Of a stretch of 64,000 bases of DNA, positions 52,411 through 62,204 are shown one piece after another. The DNA is from an uncultured Actinomycetota bacterium (GTDB lineage Bacteria > Actinomycetota > Actinomycetes > Actinomycetales > CAWJMD01), in NCBI GenBank assembly GCA_963700925.1, contig OY969553.1, positions 1,612,459 to 1,676,458 of the forward strand. The letters are read 5' to 3'. The notes below the pieces were generated by a model. The model saw only the letters and a program-made list of their open reading frames with translations, had not been told where the DNA came from and searched no databases. The position numbers were made by a program, and so were the translations under genes. How positions within the stretch are numbered: position 1 is the stretch's first letter; every line of letters starts with the position of its first letter.

Positions 52411-54302
52411 GCAGCGGCATCTCCGGCGGCACCGTGCGGCTGACCGTCGCGCAGGCGATCGTGCGCTTCCTCGCCCAGCAGTACACCGAGCGTGACGGCG
52501 TCGAGCAGAAGCTCTTCGCCGGCTGCTTCGGGATCTTCGGGCACGGCAACGTGGCCGGCATGGGCCAGGCCCTCCTCGAGGCCGAGCTCGACGCGCCCGG
52601 CGACCTGCCGTACCACCAGGCTCGCAACGAGCAGGGGATGGTGCACGCCAGCGTCGCCTTCGCCCGGATGCGCAACCGCCTGACCACGATGGCGTGCACG
52701 GCGTCCATCGGCCCCGGCGCCACCAACATGGTCACCGGGGCGGCTCTGGCCACCATCAACCGGCTGCCGGTCCTGCTGCTGCCCGGCGACGTCTTCGCCA
52801 CCAGGGCGGCGAGCCCGGTGCTGCAGGAGCTCGAGGACCCCAGCGGCTACGACATCTCGGTCAACGACGTCTTCCGTCCGGTGTCGCGCTTCTTCGACCG
52901 GGTCTGGCGCCCCGAGCAGCTGCCCGCCGCGCTGCTCGGTGCGATGCGTGTCCTGACGGATCCGGTGGAGACCGGAGCCGTGACGATCGCACTGCCTCAG
53001 GACGTGCAGGCCGAGGCGCACGACTGGCCGGTTGCCCTGTTCGACAAGCGGGTCTGGCACGTGGCGCGCCCGGTTCCGGAGGCCGCGGCGCTCGCACGTG
53101 CGGTCGAGGTGATCCGGTCGGCCCGACGGCCGCTGGTCGTCGCCGGAGGAGGGGTCGGCTACAGCGAGGCCACCGACGCGCTGAGCGCCTTCGTCGCGGC
53201 CACCGGCATCCCGGTCGCGGAGACGCAGGCCGGAAAGGGGTCGCTGCCCTTCGACCACGGCCTGTCGCTCGGTGCCATTGGGAGCACCGGCACGGCGGCG
53301 GCCAACGCCATCGCCCGCGAGGCGGACGTCGTGATCGGCGTCGGTACGCGCTACAGCGACTTCACGACCGCGTCGCGGACCGCGTTCGCCGACCCCGGCA
53401 CGCGGTTCGTCAACATCAATGTCGCAGCTCTGGACGCGGCCAAGCACGCGGGGGTCGGCCTCGTCGCTGACGCCCGGGAAGCGCTGACAGCACTGGCGTC
53501 TGCCCTCGAGGGCTGGTCGGTCGAGGCGGAGTACACCGAGCGTGCCCGGCAGCTGTCCGCCGCCTGGGACGAGACCGTGCAGCGCGCCTACACACTGGGC
53601 CACGGCCCGCTTCCCGCGCAGTCGGAGATCATCGGCGTGGTCAACGAGGTGTCCGAGCCTCGCGACGTGGTGGTGTGCGCCGCAGGGTCCATGCCCGGCG
53701 ATCTGCACAAGCTGTGGCGCACGCGCGACCCGAAGGGCTATCACGTCGAGTACGGCTACTCCTGCATGGGATACGAGATCGCCGGTGGCCTGGGCGTCCG
53801 GATGGCCTGCCCAGACCGGGACGTGTTCGTGATGGTCGGCGACGGCTCGTACCTGATGATGGCGCAGGAGCTCGTGACGGCCGTCCAGGAGAACGTCAAG
53901 CTGATCGTCGTCCTCGTACAGAACCACGGCTTCGCCTCCATCGGCGCGCTGTCCGAGGAGGTCGGCTCGCAGCGGTTCGGCACCTGGTACCGCTACCGCA
54001 ACCCGGACACGGGACGGCTCGACGGTGACGTCCTCCCCGTCGACCTGGCGGCCAACGCGGCCAGCCTCGGCGTGAACGTGCTGCGGGCCAACGGTGTCGA
54101 CGAGTTCAGAACCGCTCTGCTGCACGCCAAGAGGGCCGAAGGGCCGGTTCTGGTCCATGTGGACACCGACCCGTTGGTGCCGGCACCCGACAGTGAGTCG
54201 TGGTGGGACGTACCCGTCGCCGAGATCGCGTCCCTGGAGACCACGCGCCAGGCCCGCAAGACCTACGAAGCTCACAAGACCGACCAGCGACTCTTCCTCT
54301 GA
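52407..54302 (+). CDS. iolD: 3D-(3,5/4)-trihydroxycyclohexane-1,2-dione acylhydrolase (ThDP-dependent)
   Basis: ATG 52407 forms ATGA with the upstream stop. N-terminus RLTVAQAIVRFLAQQY..GIFGHGNVAGMGQAL. ThDP motif GDGSYLMMAQELVTA..N. Confidence 0.9.
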   Translation: MSSGISGGTVRLTVAQAIVRFLAQQYTERDGVEQKLFAGCFGIFGHGNVAGMGQALLEAELDAPGDLPYHQARNEQGMVHASVAFARMRNRLTTMACTASIGPGATNMVTGAALATINRLPVLLLPGDVFATRAASPVLQELEDPSGYDISVNDVFRPVSRFFDRVWRPEQLPAALLGAMRVLTDPVETGAVTIALPQDVQAEAHDWPVALFDKRVWHVARPVPEAAALARAVEVIRSARRPLVVAGGGVGYSEATDALSAFVAATGIPVAETQAGKGSLPFDHGLSLGAIGSTGTAAANAIAREADVVIGVGTRYSDFTTASRTAFADPGTRFVNINVAALDAAKHAGVGLVADAREALTALASALEGWSVEAEYTERARQLSAAWDETVQRAYTLGHGPLPAQSEIIGVVNEVSEPRDVVVCAAGSMPGDLHKLWRTRDPKGYHVEYGYSCMGYEIAGGLGVRMACPDRDVFVMVGDGSYLMMAQELVTAVQENVKLIVVLVQNHGFASIGALSEEVGSQRFGTWYRYRNPDTGRLDGDVLPVDLAANAASLGVNVLRANGVDEFRTALLHAKRAEGPVLVHVDTDPLVPAPDSESWWDVPVAEIASLETTRQARKTYEAHKTDQRLFL

Positions 54303-54315
54303 GAGAGGACACCTC

Positions 54316-55812
54316 ATGCGAACGATCGAGCACTGGATCGACGGCCGGCTCACTGCCGGCTCTTCATCCCGCCACGCACCCGTCTTCAACCCTGCGACGG
54401 GCGCCCAGCAGGCACAGGTGGTTCTGGCCTCCCGGGCCGACGTCGAGGCAGCGGTCTCCAGCGCCGGCAAGGCTTTCGAGGAGTGGGGCCAGACCTCGTT
54501 GAGCAAGCGGACCAAGGTGCTGTTCGCCTTCCGGCAGCTGGTCGAGGCGCGGGTCAAGGACCTTGCGGAGATCATCTCCGACGAGCACGGCAAGGTCGTC
54601 TCCGACGCGCTCGGGGAGGTGCAGCGGGGCCTGGAGGTGGTGGAGTTCGCCTGCGGCATACCGCAGCTGCTCAAGGGCGAGTACTCCGACCAGGTCTCGA
54701 CCGGCGTCGACGTCTTCTCGTTCCGCCAGCCACTCGGCGTCGTCGCAGGCATCACCCCGTTCAACTTCCCGATCATGGTGCCGATGTGGATGCACCCGGT
54801 CGCGATCGCCTGCGGGAACACGTTCGTCCTCAAACCCAGTGAGCGGGACCCCTCGGTGTCGATGCTGGTCGCCGAGCTCTGGGCCGAGGCCGGGCTGCCG
54901 GCCGGCGCGTTCAACGTCGTACACGGTGACAAGGAGTCGGTGGACGCGCTCTTGGACCACCGTGACGTCGCTGCCGTGTCCTTCGTCGGCTCCACGCCGA
55001 TCGCCCGGTACATCCACGAGCGCGGTACCACCGCCGGCAAGCGTGTGCAGGCACTGGGCGGCGCCAAGAACCACGCGATCGTCTTGCCCGACGCGGACCT
55101 CGACTTCGCATCCGACCACCTGGTCGCCGCGGCGTTCGGCTCCGCGGGGGAGCGCTGCATGGCCATCTCGGCGGCTGTCGCCGTCGGCTCCGCCGGTGAC
55201 CCCCTCGTCGACGTCGTCACGAGCAAGGCGCAGGTCGTGAAGGTCGGCCCCGGCCGCGACCCCAGCAGCGAGATGGGCCCCGTCGTGACCGCCCAGGCCC
55301 GCGACCGCATCGTCGGCCTGATCGGTTCGGGCGAGGAGCAGGGTGCCCGGCTCACCGTCGACGGCAGGGGTCTCGAGGTGCCCGGTCAGGCCGGTGGCTT
55401 CTGGGTCGGCCCCACCGTGGTCGACCAGGTGAGGCCGGACATGGACGTGTACCGCGAGGAGATCTTCGGGCCGGTCCTGGCTGTGCTGCGGACGGACACG
55501 GTGGACGAGGCGATCGCCCTCGTCAACGCCAACCCCTACGGCAACGGCACCGCCATCTTCACGTCGAGCGGCGAGGCGGCGCGACGGTTCCAGCGCGGCG
55601 TGCACGTGGGGATGATCGGCATCAACGTGCCGATCCCGGTCCCGATGGCCTACTACTCGTTCGGCGGCTGGAAGGACTCGCTCTTCGGCCAGTCGCACAT
55701 CCACGGCCCCGAGGGGGTCGCGTTCTACACGCGGGCCAAGGTCGTCACGTCGCGTTGGCCGCACGTCGACCACGCCGCCGGCGCGAGCTACCACTTCCCG
55801 ACCGCCACCTGA
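54316..55812 (+). CDS. iolA: CoA-acylating methylmalonate/malonate-semialdehyde dehydrogenase
   Basis: ATG 54316 (MRTIEHWIDG). Aldehyde dehydrogenase motifs ITPFNFP, FVLKPSERDP, GERCMA, EEIFGPVL. Confidence 0.9.
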   Translation: MRTIEHWIDGRLTAGSSSRHAPVFNPATGAQQAQVVLASRADVEAAVSSAGKAFEEWGQTSLSKRTKVLFAFRQLVEARVKDLAEIISDEHGKVVSDALGEVQRGLEVVEFACGIPQLLKGEYSDQVSTGVDVFSFRQPLGVVAGITPFNFPIMVPMWMHPVAIACGNTFVLKPSERDPSVSMLVAELWAEAGLPAGAFNVVHGDKESVDALLDHRDVAAVSFVGSTPIARYIHERGTTAGKRVQALGGAKNHAIVLPDADLDFASDHLVAAAFGSAGERCMAISAAVAVGSAGDPLVDVVTSKAQVVKVGPGRDPSSEMGPVVTAQARDRIVGLIGSGEEQGARLTVDGRGLEVPGQAGGFWVGPTVVDQVRPDMDVYREEIFGPVLAVLRTDTVDEAIALVNANPYGNGTAIFTSSGEAARRFQRGVHVGMIGINVPIPVPMAYYSFGGWKDSLFGQSHIHGPEGVAFYTRAKVVTSRWPHVDHAAGASYHFPTAT

Positions 55813-55863
55813 CCCAGCACAGCCCGTCCGGCACACCCCCAACCGCGCACGAGAGAGACACCG

Positions 55864-56796
55864 ATGACGACAGCCACCGCAGGAGAAGGCGAACCGAACC
55901 GCCTGCGCCTCGGAACCGCCCCCGACTCATGGGGGGTGTGGTTCCCCGACGACCCGCAGCAGGTGCACTGGAGCCAGTTCCTCGACGAAACCGTGACGGC
56001 CGGCTACCAGTGGATCGAGCTGGGCCCGTACGGCTACCTGCCGACGGATCCCGAGCAGCTGCGCGACGAGCTCGGCAGCCGGGGACTGTCCCTGTCCGGC
56101 GGTGCGGTCTTCGCCGGTCTCCACCGCGGCGGGGACGCGTACGAGCAGGCGGTACGCGACTGCCGCCAGGAGGCCGAGCTCCTGACCGCCCTGGGCGCCG
56201 AGTACCTCGTGCTGCTGCCGGAGCTGTACAGCGACGGCAGCCGGCTGACGCAGCCGACCGAGCTCGACGACGACCAGTGGCGCACCATGACCACGGCGAT
56301 GTCGCGGCTCGCCAAGACGCTCGCCCAGGACAGCGGCGTGAAGCTCGTGTTCCACCCGCACGCGGACGCGCACGTCGAGACGCAGGCCCAGGTCGAGCGC
56401 TTCCTCGACGACACGGACCCCGAGTTCGTCAACCTCTGCCTCGACACCGGGCACATCAGCTACCGGCGCGGGGACAACCTGGAGATCATCCGCAAGTACG
56501 CCGAGCGGATCACCTACGTCCACCTCAAGCAGGTCGACCCGGCGGTCGTCGACCGCGTGGAGGCGGAGAACCTCACGCTAGGCGACGCCGTCCCACTCGG
56601 CGTCATGACGGAGCCGCCGCTCGGCGTGCCCGAGATGCCCCCGCTGATCGATGCGCTGGCCGCCCTCGACGCGGACATCTTCGCCATCGTCGAGCAGGAC
56701 ATGTACCCGTGCCCACCCGACATGCCTCTGCCCATCGCCACCCGCACCCGCCAGTACCTCGGCGGCTGCGGCCTGGGCCCGGGCCCGCGCCGCTAG
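55864..56796 (+). CDS. iolE: Sugar phosphate isomerase/epimerase TIM barrel, probable myo-inosose-2 dehydratase
   Basis: 310 aa. Motifs LGTAPDSWGVWFPDD, LVFHPHADAHVET, LCLDTGHISY, YVHLKQVD, IVEQD; the architecture parallels IolE. The assignment versus the other TIM-barrel gene at 60849 is not certain. Confidence 0.6.
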   Translation: MTTATAGEGEPNRLRLGTAPDSWGVWFPDDPQQVHWSQFLDETVTAGYQWIELGPYGYLPTDPEQLRDELGSRGLSLSGGAVFAGLHRGGDAYEQAVRDCRQEAELLTALGAEYLVLLPELYSDGSRLTQPTELDDDQWRTMTTAMSRLAKTLAQDSGVKLVFHPHADAHVETQAQVERFLDDTDPEFVNLCLDTGHISYRRGDNLEIIRKYAERITYVHLKQVDPAVVDRVEAENLTLGDAVPLGVMTEPPLGVPEMPPLIDALAALDADIFAIVEQDMYPCPPDMPLPIATRTRQYLGGCGLGPGPRR

Positions 56797-56864
56797 ACAG
56801 CACGTTCAACCGTCACCCACAGTCCGCCCGGCACCAGCCGGAGGAGAGAACGAGGAGCACCAGC

Positions 56865-57869
56865 ATGAACCGACAGCCACGAGCGCTCGCCACGTGCGCC
56901 ATCCTGACGGCCGCCGCCCTGAGCCTTGCGGCGTGCACGAGCTCGGGTGGGGGCAGGCCCGACGAACCCGAAGGCGACGGTGGTGGCGGGGGCGGCCAGG
57001 TGGCCGACACGCCGCGCCTGGAGATCGCTGTGATCACCCACGCCGCCCCGGGTGACACGTTCTGGGACATCGTCCGCAGCGGCGCGGAGGACGCCGCAGC
57101 CAAGGACAACGTCGAGCTCAACTTCCTCGGCGACCCGGAGGCCGCGAGGCAGGCGACGCTCATCCAGAACGCCGTCGACAGCGGCGTCGACGGCATCGCC
57201 GTGACGATGTCCAAGCCGGAGGCGCTCGCAGACGCGATCCACGCGGCCCAGGAGGCTGGCATCCCCGTCGTGGGCTTCAACTCGGGCATCAACGACTGGC
57301 AGGAGATCGGCGTCGACGCCTACTTCGGCTCGGACGAGGACGTCGCGGGCCGGGCGGCCGGTGAGCGGCTGACGGAGGAGGGCGCGAAGAAGGCGCTTTG
57401 CGTCATCCAGGAGCAGGGCCACGTTGCCCTCGAAGCGCGCTGCGCGGGCGTGAAGGCCACGTTCCCGAACACCGAGAACATCACCGTCACCGGCACGGAC
57501 ATGCCGTCGGTGCAGTCCACCCTCACGGCCAAGCTTCAGCAGGACCCCAGCATCGACCGGATCATCACCCTGGGAGCGCCGTTCGCGCTCGCCGCGGTGC
57601 AGGTCGTCGCCGATGCCGGCAGCGAGGCCAAGGTGGCCACGTTCGACATGAACGCCGAGCTGGCGAAGGCCATCCAGGACGGCACGGTGCTGTGGTCGAT
57701 CGACCAGCAGCCATACCTACAGGGCTACCTCGCGGTGGACTCCCTGTGGCTGAACGCCACCAACGCCAACACGATCGGCGGTGGCCAGCCCGTTCTGACC
57801 GGGCCGGCGTTCGTCGACGAGACCAACATCGACAGGGTCGCCGAGTACGCGGCCGGCGGCACACGGTAG
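56865..57869 (+). CDS. Sugar (inositol/ribose-type) ABC transporter substrate-binding lipoprotein
   Basis: Real part of track ORF 55755..57869. ATG 56865 with GAGGAG upstream, lipobox LSLAAC, and a periplasmic-binding-protein fold. Confidence 0.85.
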   Translation: MNRQPRALATCAILTAAALSLAACTSSGGGRPDEPEGDGGGGGGQVADTPRLEIAVITHAAPGDTFWDIVRSGAEDAAAKDNVELNFLGDPEAARQATLIQNAVDSGVDGIAVTMSKPEALADAIHAAQEAGIPVVGFNSGINDWQEIGVDAYFGSDEDVAGRAAGERLTEEGAKKALCVIQEQGHVALEARCAGVKATFPNTENITVTGTDMPSVQSTLTAKLQQDPSIDRIITLGAPFALAAVQVVADAGSEAKVATFDMNAELAKAIQDGTVLWSIDQQPYLQGYLAVDSLWLNATNANTIGGGQPVLTGPAFVDETNIDRVAEYAAGGTR

Positions 57870-57880
57870 AGGGCGCCGTC

Positions 57881-58930
57881 ATGACTCAGACCGTGAAAGC
57901 CGCCCCAGCAGGTGCAGCGCCGCCACCCGAGGCGCGGAAATCCTGGTTGCACGTGGTGCTCACGCGTCCCGAGATCGGGGCGTTGGTGGCCGCCATCGCG
58001 ATCTTCGCCTTCTTCTTCGCGGTGGCGGGTCCGTTCCGCCAGCTCAACTCGTTCTCCACGGTGCTCTACAGCAGCTCGACGATCGGCATCATGGCCGTCG
58101 GCGTGGCGCTGCTGATGATCGGCGGGGAGTTCGACCTCTCTGCCGGCGTCGCCGTCATCACGTCGTCGCTGACGGCGTCGATGGTCAGCTACGAGCTGCG
58201 CCTCAACCTCTGGACGGGCACCTTCGTCGCGCTGGCGCTCGCCTTGGCGATCGGCTTCACCAACGGCTATCTCGTCGTCAAGACGAAGATTCCCAGCTTC
58301 CTCGTCACCCTCAGTACGTTCTTCATCCTGCAGGGCCTCAACCTCGGGATCACGAAGATCGTCTCCGGGACGGTCGCCACCCAGAGCATCAGCGACATGG
58401 ACGGGTACGACCAGCTACGAGCGGTCTTCGCCTCCAGCTTCAGCGTCGGCGGCGTCAGCCTGAGAGTCACTGTGCTGTGGTGGATCCTGTTCGTGGCCAT
58501 CGCCACCTGGATCCTGCTGAAGACCAGGATCGGCAACTGGATCTTCGCCGTCGGCGGCAACCAGGACAGCGCCCGAGCGGTGGGCGTCCCCGTCGCCAAG
58601 GTGAAGATCGGCCTGTTCATGGGCGTCTCGTTCCTGGCCTGGTTCTACGGCATGCACCGGCTGTACGCGTTCAACACCGTCCAGTCGGGTGAGGGCATCG
58701 GCAACGAGTTCCTCTACATCATCGCGGCCGTCGTCGGTGGCTGCCTGCTGACCGGGGGCTACGGCTCCGCGATCGGAGCGGCCATCGGTGCCTTCATCTT
58801 CGGGATGACGGTGCAGGGCATCGTCTACGCCGGCTGGGACGCCGACTGGTTCCGGCTGTTCCTCGGCGTGATGCTCCTGCTGGCAACGCTTCTGAACCTG
58901 TACGTCAAGCGACTGACCACCCGGAAGTGA
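57881..58930 (+). CDS. Sugar ABC transporter permease
   Basis: Real part of track ORF 57398..58930; ATG 57881. About 9-10 TM segments, and motif IGGEFDLSAG. Confidence 0.85.
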   Translation: MTQTVKAAPAGAAPPPEARKSWLHVVLTRPEIGALVAAIAIFAFFFAVAGPFRQLNSFSTVLYSSSTIGIMAVGVALLMIGGEFDLSAGVAVITSSLTASMVSYELRLNLWTGTFVALALALAIGFTNGYLVVKTKIPSFLVTLSTFFILQGLNLGITKIVSGTVATQSISDMDGYDQLRAVFASSFSVGGVSLRVTVLWWILFVAIATWILLKTRIGNWIFAVGGNQDSARAVGVPVAKVKIGLFMGVSFLAWFYGMHRLYAFNTVQSGEGIGNEFLYIIAAVVGGCLLTGGYGSAIGAAIGAFIFGMTVQGIVYAGWDADWFRLFLGVMLLLATLLNLYVKRLTTRK

Positions 58931-59769
58931 GTGACATGACCGACTCCAACGTCTCCGCCGAAACGCCCGCAGCGGGCCCTGCCCCCGGTGCCGTTCCCGG
59001 CGCGCCCCTGATCGAGATGGAGGGCGTCGGCAAGTCCTACGGCAACATCCGGGCCATCGAGGGGATCAACCTCAGAGTCGACGCCGGTGAGATCACCTGC
59101 GTCCTGGGCGACAACGGTGCCGGCAAGTCGACTCTGATCAAGATCATGGCCGGGCTGCACCAGCACTCAGAGGGTGTCGTGCGGGTGGACGGCGAAGAGG
59201 TGAGCTTCTCGTCGCCGCGGGAGGCACTGGACCGCGGAATCGCCACGGTCTACCAGGATCTCGCCGTCGTCTCGCTGATGGAGGTGTGGCGCAACTTCTT
59301 CCTCGGGTCGGAGAAGCGCCGAAAGCTCTGGCCCGTCAACCCTCTCGACAGCGACAGCATGCGCCGCACGGCGAAGGAGGAACTGGCGAAGATGGGCATC
59401 GAGCTGGCGGACGTGAACCAGCCGATCGGCACCCTGTCCGGGGGACAGCGCCAGTGCGTCGCCATCGCCCGTGCCGTGTACTTCGGCGCGCGCGTGCTCA
59501 TCCTCGACGAGCCGACTGCGGCGCTGGGCGTGAAGCAGTCCGGCATCGTCCTCAAGTACACGGCGAGGGCGCGCGACGCCGGCCTCGGTGTCGTCTTCAT
59601 CACCCACAACCCGCACCACGCCTACCTCGTCGGCGACCACTTCATCGTCCTCAAGCGCGGGCGGATGAACCTCGACGCCCACCGCTCCGAGATCACCCTC
59701 GACGACCTCACGCGCGAGATGGCCGGCGGCGACGAGCTCGAGACCCTCACGCACGAGCTGAAGCGCTGA
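58927..59769 (+). CDS. Sugar ABC transporter ATP-binding protein (single NBD)
   Basis: GTG 58927 forms GTGA with the permease stop (ATG 58936 is an alternative). Walker A GDNGAGKST, signature LSGGQRQ, Walker B LILDEPTAAL. Confidence 0.9.
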   Translation: MSDMTDSNVSAETPAAGPAPGAVPGAPLIEMEGVGKSYGNIRAIEGINLRVDAGEITCVLGDNGAGKSTLIKIMAGLHQHSEGVVRVDGEEVSFSSPREALDRGIATVYQDLAVVSLMEVWRNFFLGSEKRRKLWPVNPLDSDSMRRTAKEELAKMGIELADVNQPIGTLSGGQRQCVAIARAVYFGARVLILDEPTAALGVKQSGIVLKYTARARDAGLGVVFITHNPHHAYLVGDHFIVLKRGRMNLDAHRSEITLDDLTREMAGGDELETLTHELKR

Positions 59770-59815
59770 GTTCCGGCTCGCAGCAACCCAACTGACAAGC
59801 ACACGAGGAGGACCG

Positions 59816-60817
59816 GTGCTCAACATCGGTGTCATCGGCGCGGGCAACATCGGCCATGACCACATCAGGCGCGTCACGCACTCGGTGGCCGGCGCCCGCA
59901 TCGCGGCAGTCTTCGACGTCGCGCAAGAGCGCGCCAAGCAGGTTGCGAACGACGTGGGCGCCGTGGCAGTCGACGACGCGCACTCGCTCATCGCCGACGA
60001 CCGCATCGAGGCTGTCATCATCGCCAGCCCCGGTCACCTGCATCCCGACCAGGCTCTTGCGTGCCTGGCGGCGGGGAAGCCGGTTCTCTGCGAGAAGCCC
60101 CTGGCCACAACGGTCGAGGACAGCCTCCGTGTCCTCGACGCCGAGGTGGCTCTGGGGCGGCGGCTGGTCCAGGTCGGGTTCATGCGTCGCTACGACCCTG
60201 GCTACCGGCAGGTCAAGGAGGTGCTGCGCTCCGGCGGAGTCGGCGAGCCCCTGATGGTCCACTCCGTCCACCGCAATCCCACGGTGCCGGCCTCGTTCAC
60301 CGGCGACATGTCGTTGACCGACTCCGTGGTGCACGAGATGGACGTCACCCGGTGGCTGTTCGACTCGGAGGTCACGGCGGTGACGGTCGTGGCCCCACGT
60401 CGAACGCCCCTGGCGGCGCCCCACCTGCAGGACCCGCAGCTCGTGCTGCTGGAGACGGAGTCCGGCATCCTCGTCGACGTCGAGAGCTTCGTCAGCTGCC
60501 AGTACGGCTACGACGTGCGGTGCGAGGTCGTCGGTTCGACCGGAACGGTGTCACTGGACACCCCGTCCTTCGGCGCGGTGACCAGTGGCGGGGTCCGCGG
60601 GCACGTGGTGCCGGCTGACTGGCGCATCCGGTTCGGGGAGGCCTACCGGGTCGAGCTCCAGGAGTGGGTCGAGAGCGTCGTCTCGGGTACCCCATCGGGC
60701 CCGAGCACGTGGGACGGCTACGCGGCGACCGCCATCGCCGTGGCAGCCGTCCAGGCCCAGACCTCGGGCAGCCGCACCGAGGTCAAGCTCGTCGACAAGC
60801 CATCCCTCTACGGCTGA
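59816..60817 (+). CDS. iolG: myo-inositol 2-dehydrogenase
   Basis: GTG 59816 with GAGGAGGA upstream. It aligns along its full length with Bacillus IolG as I remember it: IGVIGAGNIGHDHIRRV, LCEKPLATT, RLVQVGFMRRYDPGY, GEPLMVHSVHRNPTV, HLQDPQLVLLETESG, CQYGYDVRCEVVG, TWDGYAA. Confidence 0.9.
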   Translation: MLNIGVIGAGNIGHDHIRRVTHSVAGARIAAVFDVAQERAKQVANDVGAVAVDDAHSLIADDRIEAVIIASPGHLHPDQALACLAAGKPVLCEKPLATTVEDSLRVLDAEVALGRRLVQVGFMRRYDPGYRQVKEVLRSGGVGEPLMVHSVHRNPTVPASFTGDMSLTDSVVHEMDVTRWLFDSEVTAVTVVAPRRTPLAAPHLQDPQLVLLETESGILVDVESFVSCQYGYDVRCEVVGSTGTVSLDTPSFGAVTSGGVRGHVVPADWRIRFGEAYRVELQEWVESVVSGTPSGPSTWDGYAATAIAVAAVQAQTSGSRTEVKLVDKPSLYG

Positions 60818-60848
60818 CCGCCGTCCCGACCCGACCGAGGAGCTCGCG

Positions 60849-61703
60849 ATGAAGCTCGCGCTCGACCCGTACATGTTCCGCCGTGTCCCGCTGCTGGAGC
60901 TGCCATCTCTGGTGGCCGATCTCGGCTACCAGCACATCGAGATGTCACCACGCGACGACTTCATGCCGTTCTTCCTGCACCCCCGCGCCGACCGGGCGAC
61001 GGTGGCGGCGTTCAAGAAGGCACTGGACGGCGCCGGCGTCGGTATCTCGTCGGTGCTCCCGCTGTACCGGTGGTCGGGCCCCGAGGACGAGCGCCAAGCG
61101 GCCGTCAGGTACTGGAAGCGTGCCATCGAGATCACGGTCGAGCTCGGCTGCGACGTGATGAACTCGGAGTTCAACGGCCGTCCGGAAAGCGCCGGCCGGA
61201 GCGAGTCGCAGTTCTGGCGCTCGATGGAGGAGCTGCTGCCGGTGTTCGAGCGGGAAGGCGTCCGGCTCGTCCTCGAGCCGCACCCGGACGACTTCATCGA
61301 GGACGGCAAGGCCGCCGTCGACATGGTGCGCGGCATCAACTCACCGCTCGTGTCGTTCCTGTACTGCGCTCCGCACACGTTCCACCAGGGCGGCGACATC
61401 ACCGGAGTGATGGAGTACGCCGGCGACCTGCTCACCCACCTGCACGTGGCGGACTCGTTCGACCACCGCGGCTCGTCGGGCCTTCGCTACATCGTCAATC
61501 CGCCCGGATCGACCGTGCGCGTCCACCAGCACCTCGACATCGGCCAGGGAGAGGTGGACTTCGACGAGTTCTTCGGAACCCTCGGGAGGCTCGGGTTCGA
61601 CGGCATCATGACCGTCTGCGTCTTCGCCTGGGAGGAGCGAGCCCGCGAGTCCAGCCTCTTCATGCGCGAGCAGATCGAGCACTACACGAAGACCTGGGCC
61701 TGA
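60849..61703 (+). CDS. Sugar phosphate isomerase/epimerase TIM-barrel protein (IolH/IolI-like)
   Basis: Real part of track ORF 60585..61703; ATG 60849. Motifs LVLEPHPDDF, LHVADSF, IGQGEVDF. Confidence 0.75.
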   Translation: MKLALDPYMFRRVPLLELPSLVADLGYQHIEMSPRDDFMPFFLHPRADRATVAAFKKALDGAGVGISSVLPLYRWSGPEDERQAAVRYWKRAIEITVELGCDVMNSEFNGRPESAGRSESQFWRSMEELLPVFEREGVRLVLEPHPDDFIEDGKAAVDMVRGINSPLVSFLYCAPHTFHQGGDITGVMEYAGDLLTHLHVADSFDHRGSSGLRYIVNPPGSTVRVHQHLDIGQGEVDFDEFFGTLGRLGFDGIMTVCVFAWEERARESSLFMREQIEHYTKTWA

Positions 61704-61724
61704 CGGCTCGTACGCCACGGCTCG

Positions 61725-62204
61725 TCACGGCGACCTGCTCACGTGTTCGGCGAGATCGACCACGGCGTCGAGCAGCTCGTCCCCGTCCAGCAGCGCTCGA
61801 TCGTTGTGGTCGGCACCGGAGACCTCCACGACCTGGTGCAGGGACGGTGCCGCTGCTGCCACCGCCCGGCTCTGGTCCGGCGGCACGACCGAGTCCCGGC
61901 TGCCGTACACCACCGTGACCGGCACCGAAACGGTCGCGAGCTGCTCCGCCAGCGGGTACCGGTCCCGGAGCAGGGTCCGGACCGGGAGGAACGGGTAGTG
62001 GGTCCGTCCGACCGAGGCCAGGTCCGTGAACGGTGAGCGCAGCACCAGACCCGCAGGTGGACGGTCCGTCGACAGCTCGGTGAGCACCGCGGCGCCCAGG
62101 CTCTCGCCGAGGTACAGGATCCGTTCCGGCGGGTAGCCGGCCGTCTCGACCAGGTACTGCTGCGCCGCGCGGGTCGACGCGCCGCGCTCCGGCAAGCCGG
62201 CCAC
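61725..62204 (-). pseudogene. Alpha/beta hydrolase, 5'-truncated (about 100 N-terminal codons missing)
   Basis: It retains the nucleophile elbow LYLGESLGAAV and the C-terminal GADHND. Homology stops at about 62200-62210, where the opposite-strand IS630 transposase fragment begins. An in-frame stop lies at 62241-62243 upstream. Confidence 0.65.

Noticed and set aside
52257-55355. 1032-aa minus-strand ORF
   Set aside because: It is antisense to iolD and iolA, which have unambiguous family motifs. Its composition is Arg/Pro/Gly-rich with no recognisable domain.
55755-56864. Long N-terminal extensions in track ORFs (e.g. 55755..57869, 3837..5834, 51600..54302, 41253..42611, 35317..36762, 43667..44842)
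   Set aside because: The extensions overlap upstream genes in another frame and are low-complexity. Internal starts with SD sequences and ATGA/GTGA coupling give proteins of canonical length.
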